From the NCBI GenBank assembly GCA_950097015.1, contig CATNEN010000034.1:6014001-6078000 (forward strand): a stretch of DNA of 64,000 bases. The letters are read 5' to 3'. This DNA is from Macrostomum hystrix (Eukaryota; Animalia; Platyhelminthes). The notes below the pieces were generated by a model. That model was not told the DNA's origin. It saw only the letters and a list, made by a program, of their open reading frames with translations, and did not search any database. The position numbers and the translations under genes are program-made. Numbering within the stretch: position 1 is the first letter of the stretch; every line of letters begins with the position of its first letter. Shown here in pieces: positions 1 through 11,956 of this stretch.

Positions 1-3000
1 GATTCTGAATGATTCCATTCCCGATTCTGAATGATCCCATTCCAATTCTGAATAATCCCATTCCATATCTGAATGATCGCATTCCATATCTGAATGATCC
101 CATTCCCGATTCTGAATGATTCCATTCCCGATTCTGAATGATTCCATTCCCGATTCTGAATGATTCCATTCCCGATTCTGAATAATCCCATTCCAATTCT
201 GAATAATCCCATTCCATATCTGAATGATCGCATTCCATATCTGAATGATCCCATTCCCGATTCTGAATGATTCCATTCCCGATTCTGAATGATCCCATTC
301 CAATTCTGAATAATCCCATTCCATATCTGAATGATCGCATTCCATATCTGAATGATCCCATTCCCGATTCTGAATGATTCCATTCCCGATTCTGAATGAT
401 CCCATTCCCGATTCTGAATGATTCCATTCCCGATTCTGAATGATTCCATTCCCGATTCTGAATGATTCCATTCCCGATTCTGAATAATCCCATTCCAATT
501 CTGAATAATCCCATTCCATATCTGAATGATCCCATTCCCGATTCTGAATGATTCCATTCCCGATTCTGAATGATTCCATTCCCGATTCTGAATGATTCCA
601 TTCCCGATTCTGAATGATTCCATTCCCGATTCTGAATGATTCCATTCCCGATTCTGAATGATTCCATTCCCGATTCTGAATGATTCCATTCCCGATTCTG
701 AATAATCCCATTCCAATTCTGAATAATCCCATTCCATATCTGAATGATCGCATTCCATATCTGAATGATCCCATTCCCGATTCTGAATGATTCCATTCCA
801 ATTCTGAATGATCACATTCTAATTATAAATGATTATTTCCATATCTGAATGATCCCATTCCAATTCTGAATAATCCCATTCCAATTCTGAATAATCCCAT
901 TCCATATCTGAATGATCGCATTCCATATCTGAATGATCCCATTCCCGATTCTGAATGATTCCATTCCCGATTCTGAATGATTCCATTCCCGATTCTGAAT
1001 GATTCCATTCCAATTCTGAATAATCCCATTCCAATTCTGAATAATCCCATTCCAATTCTGAATAATCCCATTCCAATTCTGAATAATCCCATTCCATATC
1101 TGAATGATCGCATTCCATATCTGAATGATCGCATTCCATATCTGAATGATCGCATTCCATATCTGAATGATCGCATTCCATATCTGAATGATCCCATTCC
1201 CGATTCTGAATAATCCCATTCCAATTCTGAATAATCCCATTCCAATTCTGAATAATCCCATTCCAATTCTGAATAATCCCATTCCAATTCTGAATGATTC
1301 CATTCCCGATTCTGAATGATTCCATTCCCGATTCTGAATGATTCCATTCCCGATTCTGAATAATCCCATTCCAATTCTGAATAATCCCATTCCATATCTG
1401 AATGATCCCATTCCCGATTCTGAATGATTCCATTCCAATTCTGAATGATCACATTCTAATTATAAATGATTAATTCCATATCTGAATGATCCCATTCCAA
1501 TTCTGAATAATCCCATTCCAATTCTGAATAATCCCATTCCATATCTGAATGATCGCATTCCATATCTGAATGATCCCATTCCCGATTCTGAATGATTCCA
1601 TTCCCGATTCTGAATGATTCCATTCCCGATTCTGAATGATTCCATTCCCGATTCTGAATGATTCCATTCTAATTCTGAATAATCCCATTCCAATTCCGAA
1701 TAATCCCATTCCAATTCTGAATAATCCCATTCCAATTCTGAATAATCCCATTCCATATCTGAATGATCGCATTCCATATCTGAATGATCGCATTCCATAT
1801 CTGAATGATCCCATTCCCGATTCTGAATAATCCCATTCCAATTCTGAATAATCCCATTCCAATTCTGAATAATCCCATTCCAATTCTGAATAATCCCATT
1901 CCAATTCTGAATAATCCCATTCCCGATTCTGAATGATTCCATTCCCGATTCTGAATGATTCCATTCCCGATTCTGAATGATTCCATTCCCGATTCTGAAT
2001 GATTCCATTCCCGATTCTGAATAATCCCATTCCAATTCTGAATAATCCCATTCCATATCTGAATGATCTCTGAATGATCGCATTCCATATCTGAATGATC
2101 CCATTCCCGATTCTGAATGATTCCATTCCCGATTCTGAATGATCCCATTCCCGATTCTGAATGATTCCATTCCCGATTCTGAATAATCTCATTCCAATTC
2201 TGAATGATTCCATTCTAATTATAAATGATTAATTCCATATCTGAATGATCCCATTCCAATTCTGAATAATCCCATTCCAATTCTGAATAATCCCATTCCA
2301 TATCTGAATGATCGCATTCCATATCTGAATGATTCCATTCCCGATTCTGAATGATTCCATTCCCGATTCTGAATGATTCCATTCCCGATTCTGAATGATT
2401 CCATTCCCGATTCTGAATGATCCCATTCCAATTCTGAATAATCTCATTCCAATTCTGAATGATTCCATTCCCGATTCTGAATGATTCCATTCCCGATTCT
2501 GAATAATCCCATTCCATTTCTGAATAATCCCATTCCATATCTGAATGATCTCTAAATGATCGCATTCCATGTCTGAATGATCCCATTCCCGATTCTGAAT
2601 GATTCCATTCCCGATTCTGAATGATTCCATTCCCGATTCTGAATGATTCCATTCCCGATTCTGAATGATTCCATTCCCGATTCTGAATGATTTCATTCCC
2701 GATTCTGAATGATTTCATTCCCGATTCTGAATGATTCCATTCCCGATTCTGAATGATTCCATTCCCGATTCTGAATGATTCCATTCCCGATTCTGAATAA
2801 TCCCATTCCATATCTGAATGATCGCATTCCATATCTGAATGATCCCATTCCCGATTCTGAATGATTCCATTCCCGATTCTGAATGATTCCATTCCCGATT
2901 CTGAATGATTCCATTCCCGATTCTGAATAATCCCATTCCAATTCTGAATAATCCCATTCCATATCTGAATGATCGCATTCCATATCTGAATGATCCCATT

Positions 3001-6000
3001 CCCGATTCTGAATGATTCCATTCCCGATTCTGAATGATCCCATTCCAATTCTGAATAATCCCATTCCATATCTGAATGATCGCATTCCATATCTGAATGA
3101 TCCCATTCCCGATTCTGAATGATTCCATTCCCGATTCTGAATGATTCCATTCCCGATTCTGAATGATTCCATTCCCGATTCTGAATAATCCCATTCCAAT
3201 TCTGAATAATCCCATTCCATATCTGAATGATCCCATTCCCGATTCTGAATGATTCCATTCCCGATTCTGAATGATTCCATTCCCGATTCTGAATGATTCC
3301 ATTCCCGATTCTGAATGATTCCATTCCCGATTCTGAATAATCCCATTCCAATTCTGAATGATCACATTCTAATTATAAATGATTAATTCCATATCTGAAT
3401 GATCCCATTCCAATTCTGAATAATCCCATTCCAATTCTGAATAATCCCATTCCATATCTGAATAATCCCATTCCAATTCTGAATAATCCCATTCCAATTC
3501 TGAATAATCCCATTCCCGATTCTGAATGATCCTATTCCAATTCTGAATAATCCCATTCCATATCTGAATGATCGCATTCCATATCTGAATGATCGCATTC
3601 CATATCTGAATGATCCCATTCCCGATTCTGAATAATCCCATTCCAATTCTGAATAATCCCATTCCAATTCTGAATAATCCCATTCCAATTCTGAATAATC
3701 CCATTCCAATTCTGAATAATCCCATTCCCGATTCTGAATGATTCCATTCCCGATTCTGAATGATTCCATTCCCGATTCTGAATGATTCCATTCCCGATTC
3801 TGAATGATTCCATTCCCGATTCTGAATGATTCCATTCCCGATTCTGAATAATCCCATTCCAATTCTGAATGATCCCATTCCATATCTGAATGATCTCTGA
3901 ATGATCGCATTCCATATCTGAATGATCCCATTCCCGATTCTGAATGATTCCATTCCCGATTCTGAATGATCCCATTCCCGATTCTGAATGATTCCATTCC
4001 CGATTCTGAATAATCCCATTCCAATTCTGAATAATCCCATTCCAATTCTGAATAATCCCATTCCAATTCTGAATAATCCCATTCCCGATTCTGAATGATT
4101 CCATTCCCGATTCTGAATGATTCCATTCCCGATTCTGAATGATTCCATTCCCGATTCTGAATGATTCCATTCCCGATTCTGAATGATTCCATTCCCGATT
4201 CTGAATGATTCCATTCCCGATTCTGAATAATCTCATTCCAATTCTGAATGATCACATTCTAATTTTAAATGATTAATTCCATATCTGAATGATCCCATTC
4301 CAATTCTGAATAATCCCATTCCAATTCTGAATAATCCCATTCCATATCTGAATGATCGCATTCCATATCTGAATGATCGCATTCCATATCTGAATGATCC
4401 CATTCCCGATTCTGAATGATTCCATTCCCGATTCTGAATGATTCCATTCCCGATTCTGAATGATTCCATTCCCGATTCTGAATGATTCCATTCCCGATTC
4501 TGAATGATTCCATTCCCGATTCTGAATGATTCCATTCCCGATTCTGAATGATTCCATTCCCGATTCTGAATGATTCCATTCCCGATTCTGAATGATTCCA
4601 TTCCCGATTCTGAATAATCCCATTCCAATTCTGAATAATCCCATTCCATATCTGAATGATCTCTGAATGATCGCATTCCATATCTGAATGATCCCATTCC
4701 CGATTCTGAATGATTCCATTCCCGATTCTGAATGATCCCATTCCCGATTCTGAATGATTCCATTCCCGATTCTGAATAATCCCATTCCAATTCTGAATAA
4801 TCCCATTCCAATTCTGAATAATCCCATTCCAATTCTGAATAATCCCATTCCCGATTCTGAATGATTCCATTCCCGATTCTGAATGATTCCATTCCCGATT
4901 CTGAATGATTCCATTCCCGATTCTGAATGATTCCATTCCCGATTCTGAATGATTCCATTCCCGATTCTGAATGATTCCATTCCCGATTCTGAATGATTCC
5001 ATTCCCGATTCTGAATGATCCCATTCCAATTCTGAATAATCCCATTCCATATCTGAATGATCTCTGAATGATCCCATTCCCGATTCTGAATGATTCCATT
5101 CCCGATTCTGAATGATCCCATTCCCGATTCTGAATGATTCCATTCCCGATTCTGAATGATTTCATTCCCGATTCTGAATGATTCCATTCCAATTCTGAAT
5201 AATCCCATTCCAATTCTGAATGATCACATTCTAATTATAAATGATTAATTCCATATCTGAATGATCCCATTCCAATTCTGAATAATCCCATTCCAATTCT
5301 GAATAATCCCATTCCATATCTGAATGATCGCATTCCATATCTGAATGATCCCATTCCCGATTCTGAATGATTCCATTCCAATTCTGAATGATCACATTCT
5401 AATTATAAATGATTAATTCCATATCTGAATGATCCCATTCCAATTCTGAATAATCCCATTCTAATTCTGAATAATCCCATTCCATATCTGAATGATCGCA
5501 TTCCATATCTGAATGATCGCATTCCATATCTGAATGATCGCATTCCATATCTGAATGATCCCATTCCCGATTCTGAATAATCCCATTCCAATTCTGAATA
5601 ATCCCATTCCAATTCTGAATAATCCCATTCCAATTCTGAATAATCCCATTCCAATTCTGAATAATCCCATTCCCGATTCTGAATGATTCCATTCCCGATT
5701 CTGAATGATTCCATTCCCGATTCTGAATGATTCCATTCCCGATTCTGAATGATTCCATTCCCGATTCTGAATGATTCCATTCCCGATTCTGAATAATCCC
5801 ATTCCAATTCTGAATAATCCCATTCCATATCTGAATGATCTCTGAATGATCGCATTCCATATCTGAATGATCCCATTCCCGATTCTGAATGATTCCATTC
5901 CCGATTCTGAATGATTCCATTCCCGATTCTGAATGATTCCATTCCCGATTCTGAATGATTCCATTCCCGATTCTGAATAATCTCATTCCAATTCTGAATG

Positions 6001-6990
6001 ATCACATTCTAATTATAAATGATTAATTCCATATCTGAATGATCCCATTCCAATTCTGAATAATCCCATTCCAATTCTGAATAATCCCATTCCATATCTG
6101 AATGATCGCATTCCATATCTGAATGATCCCATTCCCGATTCTGAATGATTCCATTCCCGATTCTGAATGATTCCATTCCCGATTCTGAATGATTCCATTC
6201 CCGATTCTGAATAATCTCATTCCAATTCTGAATGATCACATTCTAATTATAAATGATTAATTCCATATCTGAATGATCCCATTCCAATTCTGAATAATCC
6301 CATTCCAATTCTGAATAATCCCATTCCATATCTGAATGATCGCATTCCATATCTGAATGATCCCATTCCCGATTCTGAATGATTCCATTCCCGATTCTGA
6401 ATGATTCCATTCCCGATTCTGAATAATCCCATTCCATATCTGAATGATCGCATTCCATATCTGAATGATCCCATTCCCGATTCTGAATGATTCCATTCCC
6501 GATTCTGAATGATCCCATTCCAATTCTGAATAATCCCATTCCATATCTGAATGATCTCTGAATGATCCCATTCCCGATTCTGAATGATTCCATTCCCGAT
6601 TCTGAATGATCCCATTCCCGATTCTGAATGATTCCATTCCCGATTCTGAATGATTTCATTCCCGATTCTGAATGATTCCATTCCCGATTCTGAATGATCC
6701 CATTCCAATTCTGAATAATCTCATTCCAATTCTGAATGATCACATTCTAATTATAAATGATTAATTCCATATCTGAATGATCCCATTCCAATTCTGAATA
6801 ATCCCATTCCAACTCTGAATGATCCCATTCCATATCTGAATGATCCCATTCCATATCTGAATGATCCCATTCCATATCTAAATGATCCCATTCCATATCT
6901 GAATGATCCCATTCCATATCTGAATGATCCCAATCCAATTCTAAATGATCTCAATCTCGATTCAAAATTATCCCAATTTAATGATACCCA
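1..6990. repeat. Large minisatellite, 21/22-bp unit variants with higher-order punctuation (probably intronic to SLC5A7)
   Basis: Units CTGAATGATTCCATTCCCGATT (22), CTGAATAATCCCATTCCAATT (21) and CTGAATGATCGCATTCCATAT (21). An AT-rich marker ATTCTAATTATAAATGATTA recurs about 10 times. The right edge degenerates near 6930-6990. Confidence 0.98.
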
Positions 6991-7849
6991 ATTCTTTCCT
7001 TTTTTCTCCGATGTGAAAGTCCTCAATGTTTGGTTGCAATATTCGGCATTTATTTACTAAACAAAAAACATTTTGTTTGAAACAGCCAAGTGCTTAGAGA
7101 CTTTTATCCAGTTGTTTGCTCTACGAGTATTTGTCCATCTTTCACCTAAGGAGTATGGTACCTGAACCTGGACAAGGCAAGAAATTGCGGTGCGTGATTG
7201 AGTGTGCTGTCGTGTTCTCAAGAAAGATGTAGCCAAGAAAAGTCAGGCTGGACAGAGAAGCCTTTCATTCCGAGTTCAAAGAGAAGACAGGATGGGAAAA
7301 AAGCGAGCTTAAACGAGGAATCGACATGACGACCCGACATGATGGAAAAAAAATGGGGATTGGAGGATGAATTGGGAATGTCAAATGCTATGCTCAATCA
7401 TTTTTTTCTCAAATCTTTTTTTCGCATGCTCAAACGGTGAAGCATAGCGAGATGAGGGTTAAATTAAATTTTTCTATAATCTCAAAAGTCAAGCGAATCC
7501 CCAACGGACATGCCGACGTGACAGAAATAAAACGTTATAGAAATGACAGCCACTAAAGTTCGCAATATGAGTTCGGACTGCCTGTGGTCAGATAAATGCA
7601 GTTAACTGTTATCTCACAGAGAATTTGTTCAACGTAAGGAAACAATTTTTAATTATGAAGTGATCGAAGGAACTTTTTTATTAACACATGATCTCAGTGA
7701 ATTTGTGGATTTGTAGATTTCGGATACCTTTTCACGGTATTCTACTCATGAGTAGGATGAAGCGAAATAGTATGCTACGCGATTTTGGAATATAAATATT
7801 CATCAAGGCTCCTTCCTAATTCTAGCGTAAAAAAGACATTCTATCTTTC

Positions 7850-8462
7850 AAATCTACCTGCCAAGTCTTCTAAACTCCTAAATCTACCTGCCCAATCTTA
7901 CAAGCTCCTAAATCTTCCTGCCGCATCTTCCAAACTACCAAATCTACGTGCTGCATCTTCCAAGCTACCGAATCCATCTGCCGCGTCCTCTAAACTACCA
8001 AATCTACCTGCCGCGTCCTCTAATCTACCAAATCTACCTGCCGCGTCCTCTAAACTACATAATCTACCTGCCGCGTCCTCTAAACTACCAAATCTACCTG
8101 CTGCGTCTTCTAAACTACCAAATCTACCTGCCGCGTCCTCTAAACTACCAAATCTACCCACCGCGTCCTCTAAACTACCAAATCTACCTGCCGCGTCCTC
8201 TAAACTAACAAATCCACCTGCCGCGTCCTCTAAACTACCAAATCTACCTGCCGCGTCTTCTAAACTACCAAATCTACCTGCCGCGTCTTCTAAACTACCA
8301 AATCTATCTACGCGTCCTCTAAACTACCAAATCTACCTGCCGCGTTCTCTAATCTACCAAATCTACCTGCCACGGCCTCTAATCTACCAAATCTGCCTGC
8401 CGCGTCCTCCAATATACCACTTCTACCCACCGCGTCCTCTAAACTACCAAATCTACGTGCCA
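7850..8462. repeat. 30-bp minisatellite (AATCTACCTGCCGCGTCCTCTAAACTACCA)
   Basis: About 20 tandem units with degenerate edges, ending about 50 bp before the SLC5A7 exon acceptor. Confidence 0.95.
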
Positions 8463-8515
8463 AATCTTCCGAGCCACACGTCAAGCGAACTCGTCCCCCC
8501 GCCCTGCAATTCCAG

Positions 8516-8825
8516 TGGATCTCAGTGCCATTCGCCATGACCAGCAGTTACAGCAAGCCAATCCTGGAGACCGCCATCAGCCGAGTCTGGAACGGCACGG
8601 AACAATTTGGCTGGCTCGGCAAGCTGGACCCGCTGGACGGCGCGAATTATGCCGACAATCTTCTCATGCTCACCTTTGGCGGCATACCCTGGCAAGTGTA
8701 CTTTCAGCGTGTACTATCGGCTAAGTCGGCCAAGAAGGCCCAGATTCTGTCTTACGTAGCCGCATTCGGCTGTCTGCTGATGGCTGTGCCGTCAATTCTG
8801 ATCGGGGCCGTGGCCGCGTCCACAG
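8516..8825 (+). CDS. SLC5A7: High-affinity choline transporter 1 (SLC5A7/ChT), internal exon
   Basis: Acceptor tccag| then WISVPFAM...LLMLTFGGIPWQVYFQRVLSAKSAKKAQILSYVAAFGCLLMAVPSILIGAVAAST. This matches the ChT signature LGGIPWQAYFQRVLS. Donor G|gtaag, phase 1. Confidence 0.95.
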
Positions 8826-8886
8826 GTAAGTCTTATTGTGCCCTTGAAATGTGTTTAACTCTTATTTAAAGGAGCTTGAACATCAC

Positions 8887-9188
8887 TAGCCTAGTGGTTA
8901 GGGCGTCGGACTCACGACTTGAAGGTCGGGGGTTCGATTCCCGACTCCACTGAAACAATTTGTGTCCTTTAGCAAGACACCTAACTCTGCATTGCTTCAG
9001 TTCACCCAGCTGTTAAATGGGTACCAGCATCAGCTGGGATAATTGAAGGTGGGTGTGGCGTCCCCCCAGTCCATGGACTGAAGTGCTGTACGCAGCCTTC
9101 AGATGCGCCGCGCAATAGCTGCGGCTGTGCTGTCAGCTGAACATCTGACCCTATTGGGGCAGGTGTAATCAATTATTATTATTATTAT
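8887..9188 (+). mobile_element. tRNA-derived CORE-like SINE (family A), intronic
   Basis: Box A TAGCCTAGTGG and box B GGTTCGATTCC. CORE-like block TGTGTCCTTTAGCAAGACACCTAAC...CAGCTGTTAAATGGGTACC. (ATT)n tail. Further copies at 41.5, 45.7 and 56.0 kb. Confidence 0.85.
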
Positions 9189-9561
9189 GAATTGAACATC
9201 AGTTTTTACAGTATCTGTATCACTGGGCTAGAAGCTCTAGACAACCTCGACCTTTTACAGTACACGTATAAGGTATTTCCACGGCGTTATTTCAATTACC
9301 ATACATTTTTCATTTTCTGTATCTCCCAAAAATTGCACCAATCGCCATGAAAATGCAGAACACACTATGGATCACAATATGGATCCAGTTCTGATCCATA
9401 TGATAGACTTTCACGAAAATCGGTCATTCGGTTTCGGAGCAATCGGGAAGTAGGCTGTGAGTATTTGAAATACTCCCGTGGTCCCAAGGGGAAAATGGCG
9501 TGCACCATGTTAATAAAACGCATAATTTCGTTAACATTTTCTGCCAACCCTTCTCAAATAG

Positions 9562-10448
9562 ACTGGGAAGCCACTGGATTTCTCAACAAGACCCAGAACG
9601 GCCAGTTCTCTGACAAGGACATGAAGCTGATCCTGCCGCTGGTGCTTCAGTACCTCTGCCCGCCAGCTGTCTCCTTCCTCGGCCTCGGCGTGGTCTCGGC
9701 CGCCGTGATGTCATCGGCTGACAGCTCAATCTTATCCGCAGCCTCAATGTTCGCCCGCAACGTGATGAAGCCAATCTTCTGGCAGCAGGCTACGGACCGG
9801 CAGATCATCTGGTCGATGCGGGCTGCCATCGCCGTCATCGGAGCCATCGCCTGCGTCCTAGCCATCAAGATCACCACCATCTACGGCCTGTGGTTCCTCT
9901 GCTCCGACCTGGTGTTTGTCATCCTGTTCCCGCAGCTGCTCAACGTCATCTACATAAAGAAGTCGAACACGTACGGGTCTCTGGCTGGCTACACTGTCGG
10001 TTTGTTCTGCCGCCTCACAGCCGGCGAAGCGCTGCTGTTCCTGCCGCCTCTGATTCGCTATCCGGGCTTCGTTGACGGCGACGCATTCTATCAGCGATTC
10101 CCGGTGAAGACGCTCAGCATGCTGGCCTCTCTAGCGGCCTGTGTGGGCGTCAGCTACCTCACCGACTGGCTGTTCCTGACCGGCCGGCTGCAGAAGCACC
10201 ACGACGTCTTCCGCTGCGTGGTGAACATCGCCCCGGCCGAGGTAGAAGAGTCTCAAGGTGAGATGCTGTCAATCAGCAAGCTCAACCTGAGCCCGAACTC
10301 ACGCACAGGCAAGACCTTCGAGCTCGGCGTGCCGCCAACGTCGGGTCGGTTGGCTGGCGACGGAGTCGGAGCCGGCGCTGCTGCCGAGGTCAAAGCAGAC
10401 GAACCGGCGGACGATGAAGAGAAGGCTCCTCTATCCAATCAGAACTGA
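9562..10448 (+). CDS. SLC5A7: High-affinity choline transporter 1 (SLC5A7/ChT), last exon
   Basis: Acceptor caaatag| restores AST-D-WEAT in phase 1. Contains ILPLVLQYLCP, GLGVVSAAVMSSADSSILSAASMFARN, YGLWFLCSDLVFVILFPQL and QRFPVKTL. Stop TGA at 10446-10448. Upstream exons lie outside the window. Confidence 0.96.
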
Positions 10449-11956
10449 TCGAATGTTTGTACCGTGAGGATAGGATTCCCGCAAGGTTTAATGCTAAACT
10501 GAACTACCAAATGAATGGTTGTAAAAATGCATCTATTCGTTGTCACTCAATGTTTTATTTTCGTTTGCTTTAGTTTTGCAAGGCCACTTTGAAAGGAAAA
10601 AGAAATTTAAAATGAGCAAAACACAGTTTTGCATTGTTAGGATACAGAAATCAAAGCACACTTTTGTGATGAGTGCAGGTCTTTCTATTTTTTGTTGTTA
10701 GTTGCTGTAACATGCCGCTGATCTTAATAGTTAGGGTTGTGTAGTTAGAGCATTATATTTAAATTTTGAGCAAACTTAAAATGTCTATAAATTAATTTTT
10801 TAAATAAATATAATAGCTCAGTATTTTTCTAAAGTTTTTTGTGTGAACCATCTTTCATTTTTAACATTTGTGCGCATTCTAATATTTTATTAGCTCTCGA
10901 ACTATATCAGCATAATATTAGTAGGCATACTATTTTTCATCACTTTTAATAAACTACAATATGCTTTTCTTGTTGTTTTGAAATGTGACTTTTTTGCATT
11001 CTTGGATATCATTCCATCCTGATTACATTTGTCTATAGATTTAGGCATCTTATTAAAATATAGATTAACTTTTTGTGATGAAAAAATTTTTGTGATGCAA
11101 CAATCCTGCATAATATTTTTGTTGTCTGACAACTGACAAATCAGTTGTCAAACTTTATTATATACATATTTAAATCAAAACCCTATTTTTGTTTATCTGT
11201 GCACCAATCTGTCACTTTATTTGCAAGATGTCGATATAAAAATGTTGTGGCTTGTAGATCAAAAAGATAAGTTTGATTTTTTTCATGTTAACAATGTGGC
11301 TGGTGTTTAGAGATATAGTGTCTAGTTTAACTATGGCCACTGAATTCATTATTTAGAAACTAAAATAATTCACGTACAATGTCAATGTCTCATTTCTTTC
11401 CTTTAAAATAAAAGTTAACGCGCTAATAGACTTTGGGATTATTAATAGCTAGGCGACAATAATGCTAAAATGATATTTTATATTTTAGGCTGGTCCAAAA
11501 TAATTTAGCTTTACCTTAAACATTGTAATTGTCATTTACCGCTAATAAAAATGGTTCCAGCCAATGATAGGCGTTAGGGGAGTGAAAACTTTCTCAACCG
11601 TGTACAGTGGAAAAGTGGTCGGATTGAATGTACATTACATTTCAAACCAGGCCCTCTAGTTAGGGGTGGGACCAGCCACTAAAAACACGACAGAAAAAAA
11701 CGAAATGTTTTTTGCCACTCAATTTCTAGCCGCGACCACCACCCTACATGCTCCACCTAGTAAGGCTATTGGATTAGAGCTGAAAAGGCACAATATTAAA
11801 TGTAAACTGTGTACAAAGGCTATTTTTAGCCACAGCCAAACATCCGATTAAACTCCACAACGATGAAAACACATAAAAGACCAATCTCGTTCGTCTCCTG
11901 ATCAAAATCAAAACTGCGAACAATAATAACGGAAACCAAAACTAACTGTAACATCG

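Noticed and set aside
819-7026. Many long minus-strand ORFs in the first array
   Set aside because: They are periodic translations of a 21/22-bp repeat that lacks stops on one strand. They are open in all three frames and have no protein features.
8887-8960. tRNA gene
   Set aside because: The A/B boxes run directly into a SINE body shared by several copies, and there is no complete acceptor stem.
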